Numbered from the stretch's first letter, positions 17,741-25,988 are shown. The stretch is DNA of 31,889 nt from Chloroflexota bacterium (GCA_031389835.1 JANMSU010000040.1:1-31889); one strand, 5' to 3'. A program made the numbers and translations. Notes: generated from the sequence alone by a model not told the origin.

Positions 17741-18784
17741 GTGTTCACACGCGAAGAGGTCCGCCTCACGACACTCGCGACCTGCGCCGGCTGAGGCGCG
17801 AAGCTGGGCCCCGGCCCACTGGCGCAGGTCCTGCGCCCCCTTCAGCAACAGCCGAGCCCCGCGGAGCTGCTCGTCGGCCTAAGGCCGAGCGACGACGCCG
17901 CGGTCTATCTCGTCGCGCCCGATGTGGCCATCGTGGAAACGCTCGATTTCTTCCCACCGATCGTCGATGACGCGTATGCCTCCGGCGCGATCGGCGCGGC
18001 GAATGCCATGTCCGATGTCTTCGCCATGGGCGGTGAGGTCCTCTTCGCGCTGCAGATCGCGGCGTGGCCCGAAGACCTGTCCCTCGAGCAGCTCGAATCG
18101 CTGTTCCGCGGCGGGGTCGATAAGGTGCGCGAGGCCGGCGGCGTCGTCGCGGGCGGACACACCGTGATCGACCGCGAGCCGAAGTACGGCCTCGCGGTGA
18201 CCGGCCGCGTGCACCCCGATCGCATCCTGCGGAAGAACGCGCTCCGCGTCGGTGACGCGCTGTGGCTCACCAAGCCGATCGGCACCGGTGTTCTGACCAC
18301 GGCGCACAAGAACGGCGCGCTCGCGCCCGAGGACCTCGCGTCCACCGTCGCATCGATGGTGGCCCTCAATCGCGGCGCCGCTCGCGCGGCGGTCGACGCC
18401 GGCGTGCACGCGGCGACGGACGTGACCGGTTTCGCGCTCGCGGGTCACGCGCACGAGATGGCGGAGCAATCCAAGGTCTGTGTCCGCATCAGCGCGCGCC
18501 TCGTGCCGCTGCTACCTGGCGCGCTCGAGCACGCGCGCGGCGCGAACTTCGGTGGGCTGGAACGCAACCGCGCCCACTTCGTGGACGGCGGACGCGTGCG
18601 GTTCGACGGCGTCGACGATGCGCTCCGCACGCTGCTGCTCGACCCGCAGACGTCGGGTGGCCTGCTCGTAGGCGTGCCCGCAGCGCACGCGGAGGCGTGG
18701 GAGCGGGCGCGTGCCGCGCACGGCGTATCGGCGGAACGGATCGGCGAGGTGACCGAAGGTCAGGGTGTGATCGTCACGGCGTGA
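17741..18784 (+). CDS. selD: Selenide, water dikinase (selenophosphate synthetase), selenocysteine-containing
   Basis: GTG 17741 gives MFTREEVRLTTLATCAG-U-GAKLGPG with in-frame TGA at 17792-17794 in the catalytic Cys/Sec position, Lys three residues later; then DDAAVY, DFFPPIVDD, AANAMSDVFAMGG, GGHT, LTKPIGTG, DPQTSGGLL; 347 aa with readthrough. Confidence 0.95.
17795..17837 (+). promoter_or_regulatory. Candidate bacterial SECIS element
   Basis: Hairpin GGCGCAG-GTC-CTGCGCC (17821-17837), similar to the GCAGGUCUGC tip of the E. coli fdhF SECIS, preceded by a second hairpin TGGGC-CCCG-GCCCA (17805-17818), directly 3' of the UGA. Confidence 0.65.
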
Positions 18785-20169
18785 GCATCCAGCAGGCCGA
18801 GTCGGAGGTCGAGGACGAGGCACCCGTACCCAGCGCCCGCGCCGCGGAGCTTGCGAAACTGTCGCCGAGCCGCGCGGCGCTCGAGCTCGCCTGGCCCGGG
18901 ATCATCGAGCAGTCGCTCAGTGCGCTCGGGACCGCGGCGGTCTTCGCCTTCGTCGGGCAGCTCGGCGCGACCGCCACCGCCGGCGTTGGAGCCGCAGGCA
19001 ACTTCCTCTTTCTGATGTTCCCGGTCTGGCGGTCGCTCGCGATCGGCACGGTCGCGATCGTGAGCCGACGCATGGGCGAGGGGCGACCGACCGAAGCCGC
19101 GGATGCGACACGGCAGTCCCTCTTGCTCGGCGCGATCGCGGGTCTGATCTTCGGAGCCTTCTTCGTGCTGTTCTCGGCGCCGCTGCTGCGCCTGCTCGGT
19201 GCGAACGAGGAGATCGTCGCGATCGGCGCGCCAGTCCTATCGGTGGTCGGAGCGGCGAACGGCGCCGCGACGCTCTGGCTGATCGGCACGTCGGCGATGC
19301 GCGCCGCGGGCGACACCCGCACGCCGATGTTCCTCAGCGTCGCCGGGATCGCAGTGAGCGTGACGCTCGCGTATCTCTTCATCAACGTGCTTCGGATCGG
19401 GCCGATGGGTTCGGCGTACGCGTCGTCGATCGCCTGGGTCCTCGGGATGTTCGCCATGTTCGTGCTGCTGTGGCGCGGCGTCGCGGGCCTCAGCATCGCC
19501 GGCGGACCGTGGCATCTGACGCGCTCGACGATCCGTGTGCTGTTCGGCATCAGCCTGCCGTCCGCGGCGGAGAGCGCGACTTTCAGCTTCGGGATCCTCG
19601 CACTGTCTGGTCTCGTGTTCCGGCTGAGCACGGAGGACGTCGCGGCACATCAGATCATCGGCCAGATCGAGACGTTCTCGTTCTTCCCGTGTATCGGCTT
19701 TTCGATGGCGGCGAGCGCGCTGGTGGGTCAGTCCCTTGGCATGCGCGATCCCGAACGCGCACGCGGCGCTGGGTGGGCCGCGGCAAAGATGGCGCTGGTG
19801 TGGGGTACGGCTGCGGGGATCGCCTTCATCGTCGTGCCCGGCTTCTTGCTCGGCCTCTTCACCAACTCCGGTGCGGTGGTGATCGCGGGCATCGGCGCGC
19901 TCGCCGTTGTGGGTCTCGGTCAACCCGCGCAGGCGGTGATCTTCGCGCTCAGCGGCGCCCTGCGCGGTGCGGGAGATACGCGTTATCCGCTGATGGTCAC
20001 GCTCGTGAACTGGTTCCTGATCCGACTACCGCTCGCCTATGTGCTCGCATTCCCGATCGGCCTCGGGCTCACGGGGATCTGGCTCGGTGTGACGGTCGAC
20101 TACTTCCTTCGGGCGGCACTGTTTGCGCTGCGGTTCAGGAGCGGTGCGTGGATGAGGGTGAAAGTCTGA
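18781..20169 (+). CDS. MATE-family efflux transporter
   Basis: LAWPGIIEQ, RRMGEG, RAAGDTRTPM, SALVGQSLG, GALRGAGDTRYP, GLTGIWLG; about 12 TM; GTGA overlap with the selD stop. Confidence 0.93.
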   Translation: MSIQQAESEVEDEAPVPSARAAELAKLSPSRAALELAWPGIIEQSLSALGTAAVFAFVGQLGATATAGVGAAGNFLFLMFPVWRSLAIGTVAIVSRRMGEGRPTEAADATRQSLLLGAIAGLIFGAFFVLFSAPLLRLLGANEEIVAIGAPVLSVVGAANGAATLWLIGTSAMRAAGDTRTPMFLSVAGIAVSVTLAYLFINVLRIGPMGSAYASSIAWVLGMFAMFVLLWRGVAGLSIAGGPWHLTRSTIRVLFGISLPSAAESATFSFGILALSGLVFRLSTEDVAAHQIIGQIETFSFFPCIGFSMAASALVGQSLGMRDPERARGAGWAAAKMALVWGTAAGIAFIVVPGFLLGLFTNSGAVVIAGIGALAVVGLGQPAQAVIFALSGALRGAGDTRYPLMVTLVNWFLIRLPLAYVLAFPIGLGLTGIWLGVTVDYFLRAALFALRFRSGAWMRVKV

Positions 20170-20184
20170 TCGGGATGGCGTCTG

Positions 20185-20267
20185 TGCCCAGGGCGGGACT
20201 TGAACCCGCACGTCCTTTCGGACACGAGCCCCTCGAACTCGCGTGGCTGCCGTTACACCACCTGGGC
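20185..20267 (-). tRNA. tRNA-Leu (GAG)
   Basis: Minus strand GCCCAGG/CCTGGGC acceptor, CGAGT-TC-GAG-GG-GCTCG anticodon arm, long variable arm, GGTTCAAGTCC, discriminator A; atypical C at position 33; no CCA. Confidence 0.9.
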
Positions 20268-20280
20268 TAGAGACCTCATT

Positions 20281-21834
20281 CTACGCGGGCACTACGGCGG
20301 TCGCGATGGTCGTGCGATCTTTGCCGGCCCGCTTGGACTCGTAGAGAGCGCCGTCCGCCGACCGGAAGAGATCGGCGCTCGAGCCCGCGTGGTGAGGAAC
20401 ACCTGAGACGCCGATCGAGATACTGGTGGGTGGCGTTTCGCCAGCGATCGTGACGTACGGCTCGGCGCGCATCGTCGAGCGGATCCGTTCGGCCGCGACC
20501 AGGCCGCCCGCGACCTCGGTCTCGGGTTGGATCACCGCGAACTCGTCACCACCGACCCGCGCGACGACGTCGCTCGTGCGCGCCTCGCGGCATAGCAGCG
20601 ACGCGATGTGCTGGAGGAGCCGGTCACCCTCCTGGTGGCCGAAGCGGTCGTTCACCAGCTTGAGGCCATCCGCATCCAGCAGCAGCAGCACGAGACTGCG
20701 CGCGTGCCGAACCGCGCGGGAGGTTTCCTCGTCCAGCCTGGCGTGGAAGTGACGCGTGTTGTACAGCCCCGTGAGCTCGTCGGTCAGAGCCAGCTTCTCG
20801 GCGCGTTCGAACGCGCGGGTGGCCGCGATCGTCAGGACCGCCTGGTCGGCGATCGTCTTCGCGAGTCGGAAGTGGTCCTGCGTGTACGTGCCGGCGCCCA
20901 TCTTCACGGCGCGGATCACGCCGAGCAGCCGGTCATCCGCGACAAGTGGAATGACGATCGCCGCTTTCGACTCGAGCGAGACGCCCGCCACCATCGTCGG
21001 ACGCGAATCCTTGGCGACGTCGTCGATGAGGGCTGGCTCGCGGTGGAGCGCGGCCCATCCGACCATGCCCTCGCCCAGCGCCAGGTCGCGCGCGAACACG
21101 CTCTGCCGGTAGTTCCCGGGATAGAACCGCGGCTCGTAGACCAGCGCGCCCGCACGTAGTCGTTGGCGCGTCTCGTCCCAGAGGTAGATCGCCGTCGAGT
21201 CGCTCGTCGTGATGCGCTGGAACGCCGAGACCGCAGCCTCGATCGTGGATGTCAGCTGCAGGTTCGTCGCGACGCGCGCCACCTCCGACACGGCTTGCAT
21301 CTCGGACACGTAGCTGCGCATGCGCGCGTCGGAGCGCACGCGACCGACCGCGAGCGCGCACAGCGTGGCGATCGCAGAAAGGAGGCGCTCATCGTCAGGC
21401 CCGAAGGCGTGTTGCTTCGAACTCTGGATCGAGAGGACACCGATGAGGTCGGTGCCAGAGAGCAGCGGCACGCACATCTCCGACACGCAATCGGTCGTCC
21501 CGATGAAGCGAGCGTCCGCGCCGACATCGCCGACGTTCACGATCGCCCGCGTGGCCGCGGCGATCCCGGTGAGACCGACGCCTAGCTTGGTCCGGAAGCC
21601 GCGCGCTTTCTCGGCCTGCGGGCCGGCTCCGGCGTGGAAGTAGAGGTCGTCGCGCGCGGCGTCGTACAAAAGGACATAGCGCAGCCCGTAGCCGAAGGAG
21701 TCACCGAGGAGCGCGATCGCCGATTCGAGGAGCACGCGCTCATCCGTGGCTGTGAGGAGATCTTCGGCCACGCGGGCCAGCAGGAGCTCTCGTTCACCGC
21801 CCAACAGGCCCCACTGTATGCGACGCATGCGCAT
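20281..21834 (-). CDS. Diguanylate cyclase with two GAF domains
   Basis: Two GAF-like segments (SEMCVPL...IGVLSIQS; AAIVIPL...LLGVI), DELTGLYN, DADGLKLVNDRFGHQEGD, RTSD inhibitory site five residues before GGDEF. Start uncertain (21834, 21828 or further downstream). Confidence 0.92.
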   Translation of the reverse strand: MRMRRIQWGLLGGERELLLARVAEDLLTATDERVLLESAIALLGDSFGYGLRYVLLYDAARDDLYFHAGAGPQAEKARGFRTKLGVGLTGIAAATRAIVNVGDVGADARFIGTTDCVSEMCVPLLSGTDLIGVLSIQSSKQHAFGPDDERLLSAIATLCALAVGRVRSDARMRSYVSEMQAVSEVARVATNLQLTSTIEAAVSAFQRITTSDSTAIYLWDETRQRLRAGALVYEPRFYPGNYRQSVFARDLALGEGMVGWAALHREPALIDDVAKDSRPTMVAGVSLESKAAIVIPLVADDRLLGVIRAVKMGAGTYTQDHFRLAKTIADQAVLTIAATRAFERAEKLALTDELTGLYNTRHFHARLDEETSRAVRHARSLVLLLLDADGLKLVNDRFGHQEGDRLLQHIASLLCREARTSDVVARVGGDEFAVIQPETEVAGGLVAAERIRSTMRAEPYVTIAGETPPTSISIGVSGVPHHAGSSADLFRSADGALYESKRAGKDRTTIATAVVPA

Positions 21835-22132
21835 TTTCCGGTGTCCGCGTTGCCGTGCTGAGGACATCAGCGCCGACGCACACCCAACTCGCGTGCTAGA
21901 TAACGGGGTCGAGCGGGCGATCTTCGTGTGCCGCAACTGCTACCGCGCGGCGGAGCTCGAGTTCCGCATCGCGAGCCAGACCGCCGACCTCGGCTATGTT
22001 CCGCTTGCCATCAGGGACGGCCTACGCCTGCTCCGTGACTTCTACCGCGCGCGCCTTGTTGACGACGACGATCCACGCGTCCGGAGCGCGCTTCAAGAGG
22101 TCGAGCGACGACTAGCGATCGAAGCGATCTGA
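21827..22132 (+). CDS. Hypothetical protein with CxxC...CxxC putative Zn site
   Basis: MRIFRCPRC...FVCRNC followed by a helical C-terminus; 101 aa from ATG 21827 (alternative ATG 21818). Confidence 0.7.
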   Translation: MRIFRCPRCRAEDISADAHPTRVLDNGVERAIFVCRNCYRAAELEFRIASQTADLGYVPLAIRDGLRLLRDFYRARLVDDDDPRVRSALQEVERRLAIEAI

Positions 22133-22153
22133 CAGCCGACCTAGACTCGCTTC

Positions 22154-22663
22154 GTGACAGCGATCCGTCCCGACCTGACGCTGCTCTGGCCAACCTTCAC
22201 GTTCTTCCCGCTCGCCGCGCTCGCGGTGCTCTTCTTCGGCGCTGGTGCGGGCGACCCCGCGATGATCGTGATCGGATTGCTCCTCCTCGCGGTGAACATC
22301 CTGATCGTCGTGAACCAGGCTTACTTCACGACGCTCGCCATCGAAGGTGACGCGCTGGTGTTCCGCACGAACTTCGGACTGCACGAGGAGCGCGTCCCGA
22401 TCGGTTCGCTCCAGCGCATCGATGCGAAGCGCTACCCCGGGGCGCACTCGGGCGTGTCGGCTCCGTTCTTCGTCGCGCGTGGACGCGACTCGACCGTCAA
22501 GGTGAACACCAAGCCGTACCGGCTGCGAAAGTTCGCACCCCTTATCGCGCTGCTCCGGCAGACGAACTCCCATGTCGAGCTCGACCCGTTCTGGTCGCGC
22601 GTCGCCGCGGGCGACGACGTCTCGAAAGAGATCAGCCTCACGCCGCGCAGCCGCTCCCGCTAG
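22154..22663 (+). CDS. Two-TM membrane protein with bacterial PH-like C-terminal domain
   Basis: Two hydrophobic helices then LAIEGDALVFRTNFG..EERVPIGSLQRI; TAGACT-N6-GTG leaderless start. Confidence 0.7.
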   Translation: MTAIRPDLTLLWPTFTFFPLAALAVLFFGAGAGDPAMIVIGLLLLAVNILIVVNQAYFTTLAIEGDALVFRTNFGLHEERVPIGSLQRIDAKRYPGAHSGVSAPFFVARGRDSTVKVNTKPYRLRKFAPLIALLRQTNSHVELDPFWSRVAAGDDVSKEISLTPRSRSR

Positions 22664-23079
22664 CCGGAGCGTAGGCGCCGGTGCTCGATGGCGGTGCACC
22701 GATCCCAGACGACGCCTACACCCGCTGCCTCCGCGCGCGTTGCAGCGGCGATATTGCCGAGTTCGAATTGAAACCAGATGGCGGGGATCTTCGCCGCGAT
22801 CGCGTCGTCGACCACGGCGTCGAGGAAATCGCCACGCCGGAAGATGTCGGCGAAGTCGATCCGTGTGGCGGTCGGGATGTCGACCAGATGGTCATACGCC
22901 TGTTCGCCGTCGATGATCGCGTTGCGTAGCTTTGGATTCACCGGAACGATCCTGAAGCCCTGGCCGCGGAGGTAGCGAGAAACAGAGTTGCTGGGCCGTG
23001 TGGGATCCGTGGAGTAGCCGACAACGGCGATCGTGTGACCGCCCGTGAGGAGGTCATGAATGAGGGCGCTGTCGTTCAT
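22660..23079 (-). CDS. CoA-binding protein (YccU-like)
   Basis: TIAVVGYS..P.RPS..VSRYL, IVPVNP, DIFRR, IWFQ.E, VVWDRC; shares a CTAG stop overlap with the convergent neighbour. Confidence 0.93.
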   Translation of the reverse strand: MNDSALIHDLLTGGHTIAVVGYSTDPTRPSNSVSRYLRGQGFRIVPVNPKLRNAIIDGEQAYDHLVDIPTATRIDFADIFRRGDFLDAVVDDAIAAKIPAIWFQFELGNIAAATRAEAAGVGVVWDRCTAIEHRRLRSG

Positions 23080-23146
23080 TATCTCACGCCCTCGCTATTC
23101 GCGGAAGTCTTGAACACGGCATCGCGGGCAGGATAATCGCGAGCGA

Positions 23147-23650
23147 ATGCCACCACGCGCACCGGTTATCTGGTCGACCGTCGCAGTCGGCGGCGAGCGC
23201 TTCGCCAAGCGCCTCGACGAGCGGCATCGCGAGCTGTCGGTGCAGGCGAAGCTTCGCGCGCGCACGTATCGGCGGTCGCGCGCTCTGCCGACCAGCGAGG
23301 AGTCAATGCGTCTGCGCGCGGACTTCCTCGCGGCGCTCGGCCGCCTGTCGTCGTTCGAGACAGCGAGCCTTCGCCTGTCGCGTTGCCGTTATCAAGTCCA
23401 GCTGGCGGAGCGAGCGGATGACATCACGCGCGACTACTTCCAGCTGTGGCAGCTGATCGCGCGCCGCGGCGGCCAGGAGTGGCCTCTCGGGGAGCGCGAT
23501 GCGGAGCGCATGGATTTCTTCGCGACCCAGCTCGGTCGCCTGGAGGGCGTCGCAGATGCGCTGGTCCTGGCAGGTCGGAACGTGCGGCTCTTCCCGTTGC
23601 CGCCGATGCCGTGGCTCGCGGTCGAGCGGACGTCGCCGTCATACTCGTAG
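23147..23650 (+). CDS. Hypothetical all-helical protein
   Basis: 167-aa ORF with host-like codon usage filling the gap before tRNA-Val; no family recognised. Confidence 0.65.
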   Translation: MPPRAPVIWSTVAVGGERFAKRLDERHRELSVQAKLRARTYRRSRALPTSEESMRLRADFLAALGRLSSFETASLRLSRCRYQVQLAERADDITRDYFQLWQLIARRGGQEWPLGERDAERMDFFATQLGRLEGVADALVLAGRNVRLFPLPPMPWLAVERTSPSYS

Positions 23651-23651
23651 C

Positions 23652-23725
23652 GGGCGACTAGCTCAGCTGGTTAGAGCGTCTCTTTTACACGGAGAAGGTC
23701 CTCGGTTCGAGCCCGAGGTCGCCCA
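23652..23725 (+). tRNA. tRNA-Val (TAC)
   Basis: GGGCGAC/GTCGCCC acceptor, AGCTCAGCTGGTTAGAGC D arm, TCTCT-TT-TAC-AC-GGAGA, GGTTCGAGCCC; no complete CCA. Confidence 0.96.
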
Positions 23726-23729
23726 CCCG

Positions 23730-23996
23730 CTAACGCTCGGCGTGCTCGTCGTTCGCGTGCGCGAGATCCAGTCCGTAACGCGTTGACTCCGGATCACCCT
23801 CCGCGATACGACTGAGCCGCTGCATGGCGGCATCCTTCTCGAGCCTGCGCGCCTCTTTCGAACCGCGGCTACGCCACACGAGATCCGCGATCAGATCGAC
23901 CACGGCGCGATGTGCTCTGCGCCAATCCGCCGGCGAAACTCCCGCTTCCTTCCACGGCTTCACGCCGATATGGGTCGCAGCATCGTTGCCGCGCAT
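23730..23996 (-). CDS. Hypothetical protein, possibly a 5'-truncated remnant
   Basis: 88-aa ORF ending 4 nt from the tRNA-Val 3' end; frame stays open 23 codons upstream of the ATG with no start codon. Confidence 0.4.
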   Translation of the reverse strand: MRGNDAATHIGVKPWKEAGVSPADWRRAHRAVVDLIADLVWRSRGSKEARRLEKDAAMQRLSRIAEGDPESTRYGLDLAHANDEHAER

Positions 23997-24129
23997 GGCG
24001 ATGTAGACCTTCTGTTGACCTAGTCGATACGAGCCGACCCCGTGCTTGTTCGGCGACGCGTCCGCTTACCGTCCGCGCGATGTGCGAAGGCTCCCTTGGT
24101 CGTTACGCCGGCGAGGGTAGCGTTGCCCC

Positions 24130-25143
24130 ATGGAGCCGGCAGAGGCGCTGGAACGAATCGCCTACCTGCTCGACCGAGCACGGGAGAAGCCCTACCGCGT
24201 TAGCGCCTACCTGCGAGCAGCTGAGATCGTGAAAGCCCTCGCGCCCGATGAGCTCTTAGCTCGCGTCGGCGCCGGCACGCTCAAGGAGCTGAGCGGCATC
24301 GGCCCCAAGACGGCGGCGATCATCACGGAGGTCGCCACCTCCGGCTCGACCGCGTACCTCGACAAGCTCGAGGAGGAGACCGTCCTCACCGTCGGCAAGG
24401 GCAACGAGCTCGTTGGCCAGCTGAAGGGCGACCTCCACGTGCACTCGTTGTGGAGCGACGGCGGCGCCGAGATCGACGTGATGGCGCGTGCCGCCCGCGA
24501 CCTCGGCCACGAGTACATCGCGCTCACCGACCACTCACCCCGACTCACCATCGCCAATGGGCTCACGCGCGAGCGCCTGCTGCGACAGCTCGCGATCGTC
24601 GCGGCGCTGAACGACGACCTGGCGCCGTTCCGGATACTCACCGGGATCGAGGTGGACATACTCGAGGACGGCACGCTCGACCAGGACGACGAAATCCTCG
24701 GGCGGCTCGATGTCGTCGTCGCGTCGGTCCACTCCAAGCTGCGCATGAAAGAGCGGGAGATGACGCGGCGGATGATCACCGCCATCGCCAACCCGCACAC
24801 CGACGTGCTCGGCCACTGCACCGGCCGCTACGTGGTCGGCCGCGGCCGGCCGCAGTCGGAGTTCGACCCCGAGCTTGTGTTCCGTGCGTGCGAGCGGTTC
24901 GACACCGCGGTCGAGATCAACTCCCGACCGGAGCGCCTCGATCCGCCGAACGACCTGCTCGAGCTCGCCGTCGAGATCGGCTGCCGGTTCGCGATCAATA
25001 CGGATGCGCACGCGCCCGGTCAACTGGAGTGGCAGGCCTACGGCGCCGACAAGGCGGTCGAGACTGGGGTGACCACCGACCGGGTCGTGAACTCGTGGTC
25101 AACGGACAGGTTGCTCGAGTGGACCCGAGGCGAGGCGCGATAA
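24130..25143 (+). CDS. PHP-domain protein with PolX-type N-terminal HhH (no polymerase core)
   Basis: PYRVSAYLRAA and LKELSGIGPK HhH joined to PHP motifs GDLHVHSLWSDG, LTDH, GIEVD, GHCTGR, NTDAH; TAGCGT-N6-ATG. Confidence 0.9.
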   Translation: MEPAEALERIAYLLDRAREKPYRVSAYLRAAEIVKALAPDELLARVGAGTLKELSGIGPKTAAIITEVATSGSTAYLDKLEEETVLTVGKGNELVGQLKGDLHVHSLWSDGGAEIDVMARAARDLGHEYIALTDHSPRLTIANGLTRERLLRQLAIVAALNDDLAPFRILTGIEVDILEDGTLDQDDEILGRLDVVVASVHSKLRMKEREMTRRMITAIANPHTDVLGHCTGRYVVGRGRPQSEFDPELVFRACERFDTAVEINSRPERLDPPNDLLELAVEIGCRFAINTDAHAPGQLEWQAYGADKAVETGVTTDRVVNSWSTDRLLEWTRGEAR

Positions 25144-25238
25144 CATGCGGCGGATTCCGCGGATCCAGTTCGGAGACGGTCCCCGTTAACGATGAGGTCC
25201 CAGCACTACCGCGGTCGAACCAAAGAGGAGATGGCGAC

Positions 25239-25595
25239 ATGAACCTGAATGGCGTTCTTATTGGCTCCGAGGATCCGAAGCGACTGACCGAGTACTACAC
25301 GAAAGTCTTTGGCAAGCCGTCTATGGAGGACAGCGGGTACGCCGGCTGGAAGATCGGCGATGGCTGGATCACTGTCGGTCCACACAGCGAGATCAAGGGC
25401 CGGAACCCGCAACCAGGGCGGATCCTCCTCAACATCGAGAGCGCGGACGTGAAGGGCGACTTCGCGAAGCTGACTGCGGCGGGTGCGAAGGTCGTGCGCG
25501 AGCCCTACCGGATGGATGGATGGCCGGAGAACACCTGGGTCGCGACGCTATCCGACCCGGACGACAACTACTTCCAGCTCGTCAGCCCGATGTAG
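25239..25595 (+). CDS. VOC / glyoxalase-like protein
   Basis: GAGGAG SD then MNLNGVLIGSEDPKRLTEYYTKVFG...LSDPDDNYFQL; 118 aa. Confidence 0.88.
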   Translation: MNLNGVLIGSEDPKRLTEYYTKVFGKPSMEDSGYAGWKIGDGWITVGPHSEIKGRNPQPGRILLNIESADVKGDFAKLTAAGAKVVREPYRMDGWPENTWVATLSDPDDNYFQLVSPM

Positions 25596-25674
25596 CGCAG
25601 TCGACGATGCGGACGCGCCTGCGGCCGCGGTGAGACGCGCCTTACTCGGTGCGGTTGCGAGCCGACCGCGGGCG

Positions 25675-25695
25675 ACCATTGCTTGCGCAGACGTT
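25675..25695. repeat. Direct repeat copy 1: ACCATTGCTTGCGCAGACGTT
   Basis: 20/21 identical to 29145-29165; both copies intergenic. Confidence 0.75.
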
Positions 25696-25988
25696 TGCCG
25701 TCCAGTCGTCGTAGCACGTTTGACGGGCGTGACGTCGACCTTCGGGAACTTGCTCCGCCCGAAACATCGGCGCCGCACTTGACCAATCGTGACAACACTG
25801 ACGTTGCACGGTCCGTTGCGTCGCTCATTCGTATTTTGGTTGCGTGGACCGCTTCGGACGTAGGAGGGCGTCGAATTGGGATCTTCGCGAGCGGTCGCCG
25901 TGCCCTTGCGCTACGGAGTAGCCTGTGGCTCGGGGAAGGAACGCCGCAGCGCCGACCGAATCCGGCGGCTGCGCGTCGGAGATTGAGT

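Noticed and set aside
17924-18784. 286-aa SelD as given by the ORF track
   Set aside because: It lacks the catalytic N-terminus, which is present in frame upstream of a UGA; the true gene starts at 17741.
15465-20211. 19/20-bp inverted repeat (15465-15484 and 20192-20211) flanking the peptidase-selD-MATE block, suggesting an invertible segment
   Set aside because: Fully explained by the conserved T arms of two convergent tRNA-Leu genes; no recombinase present.
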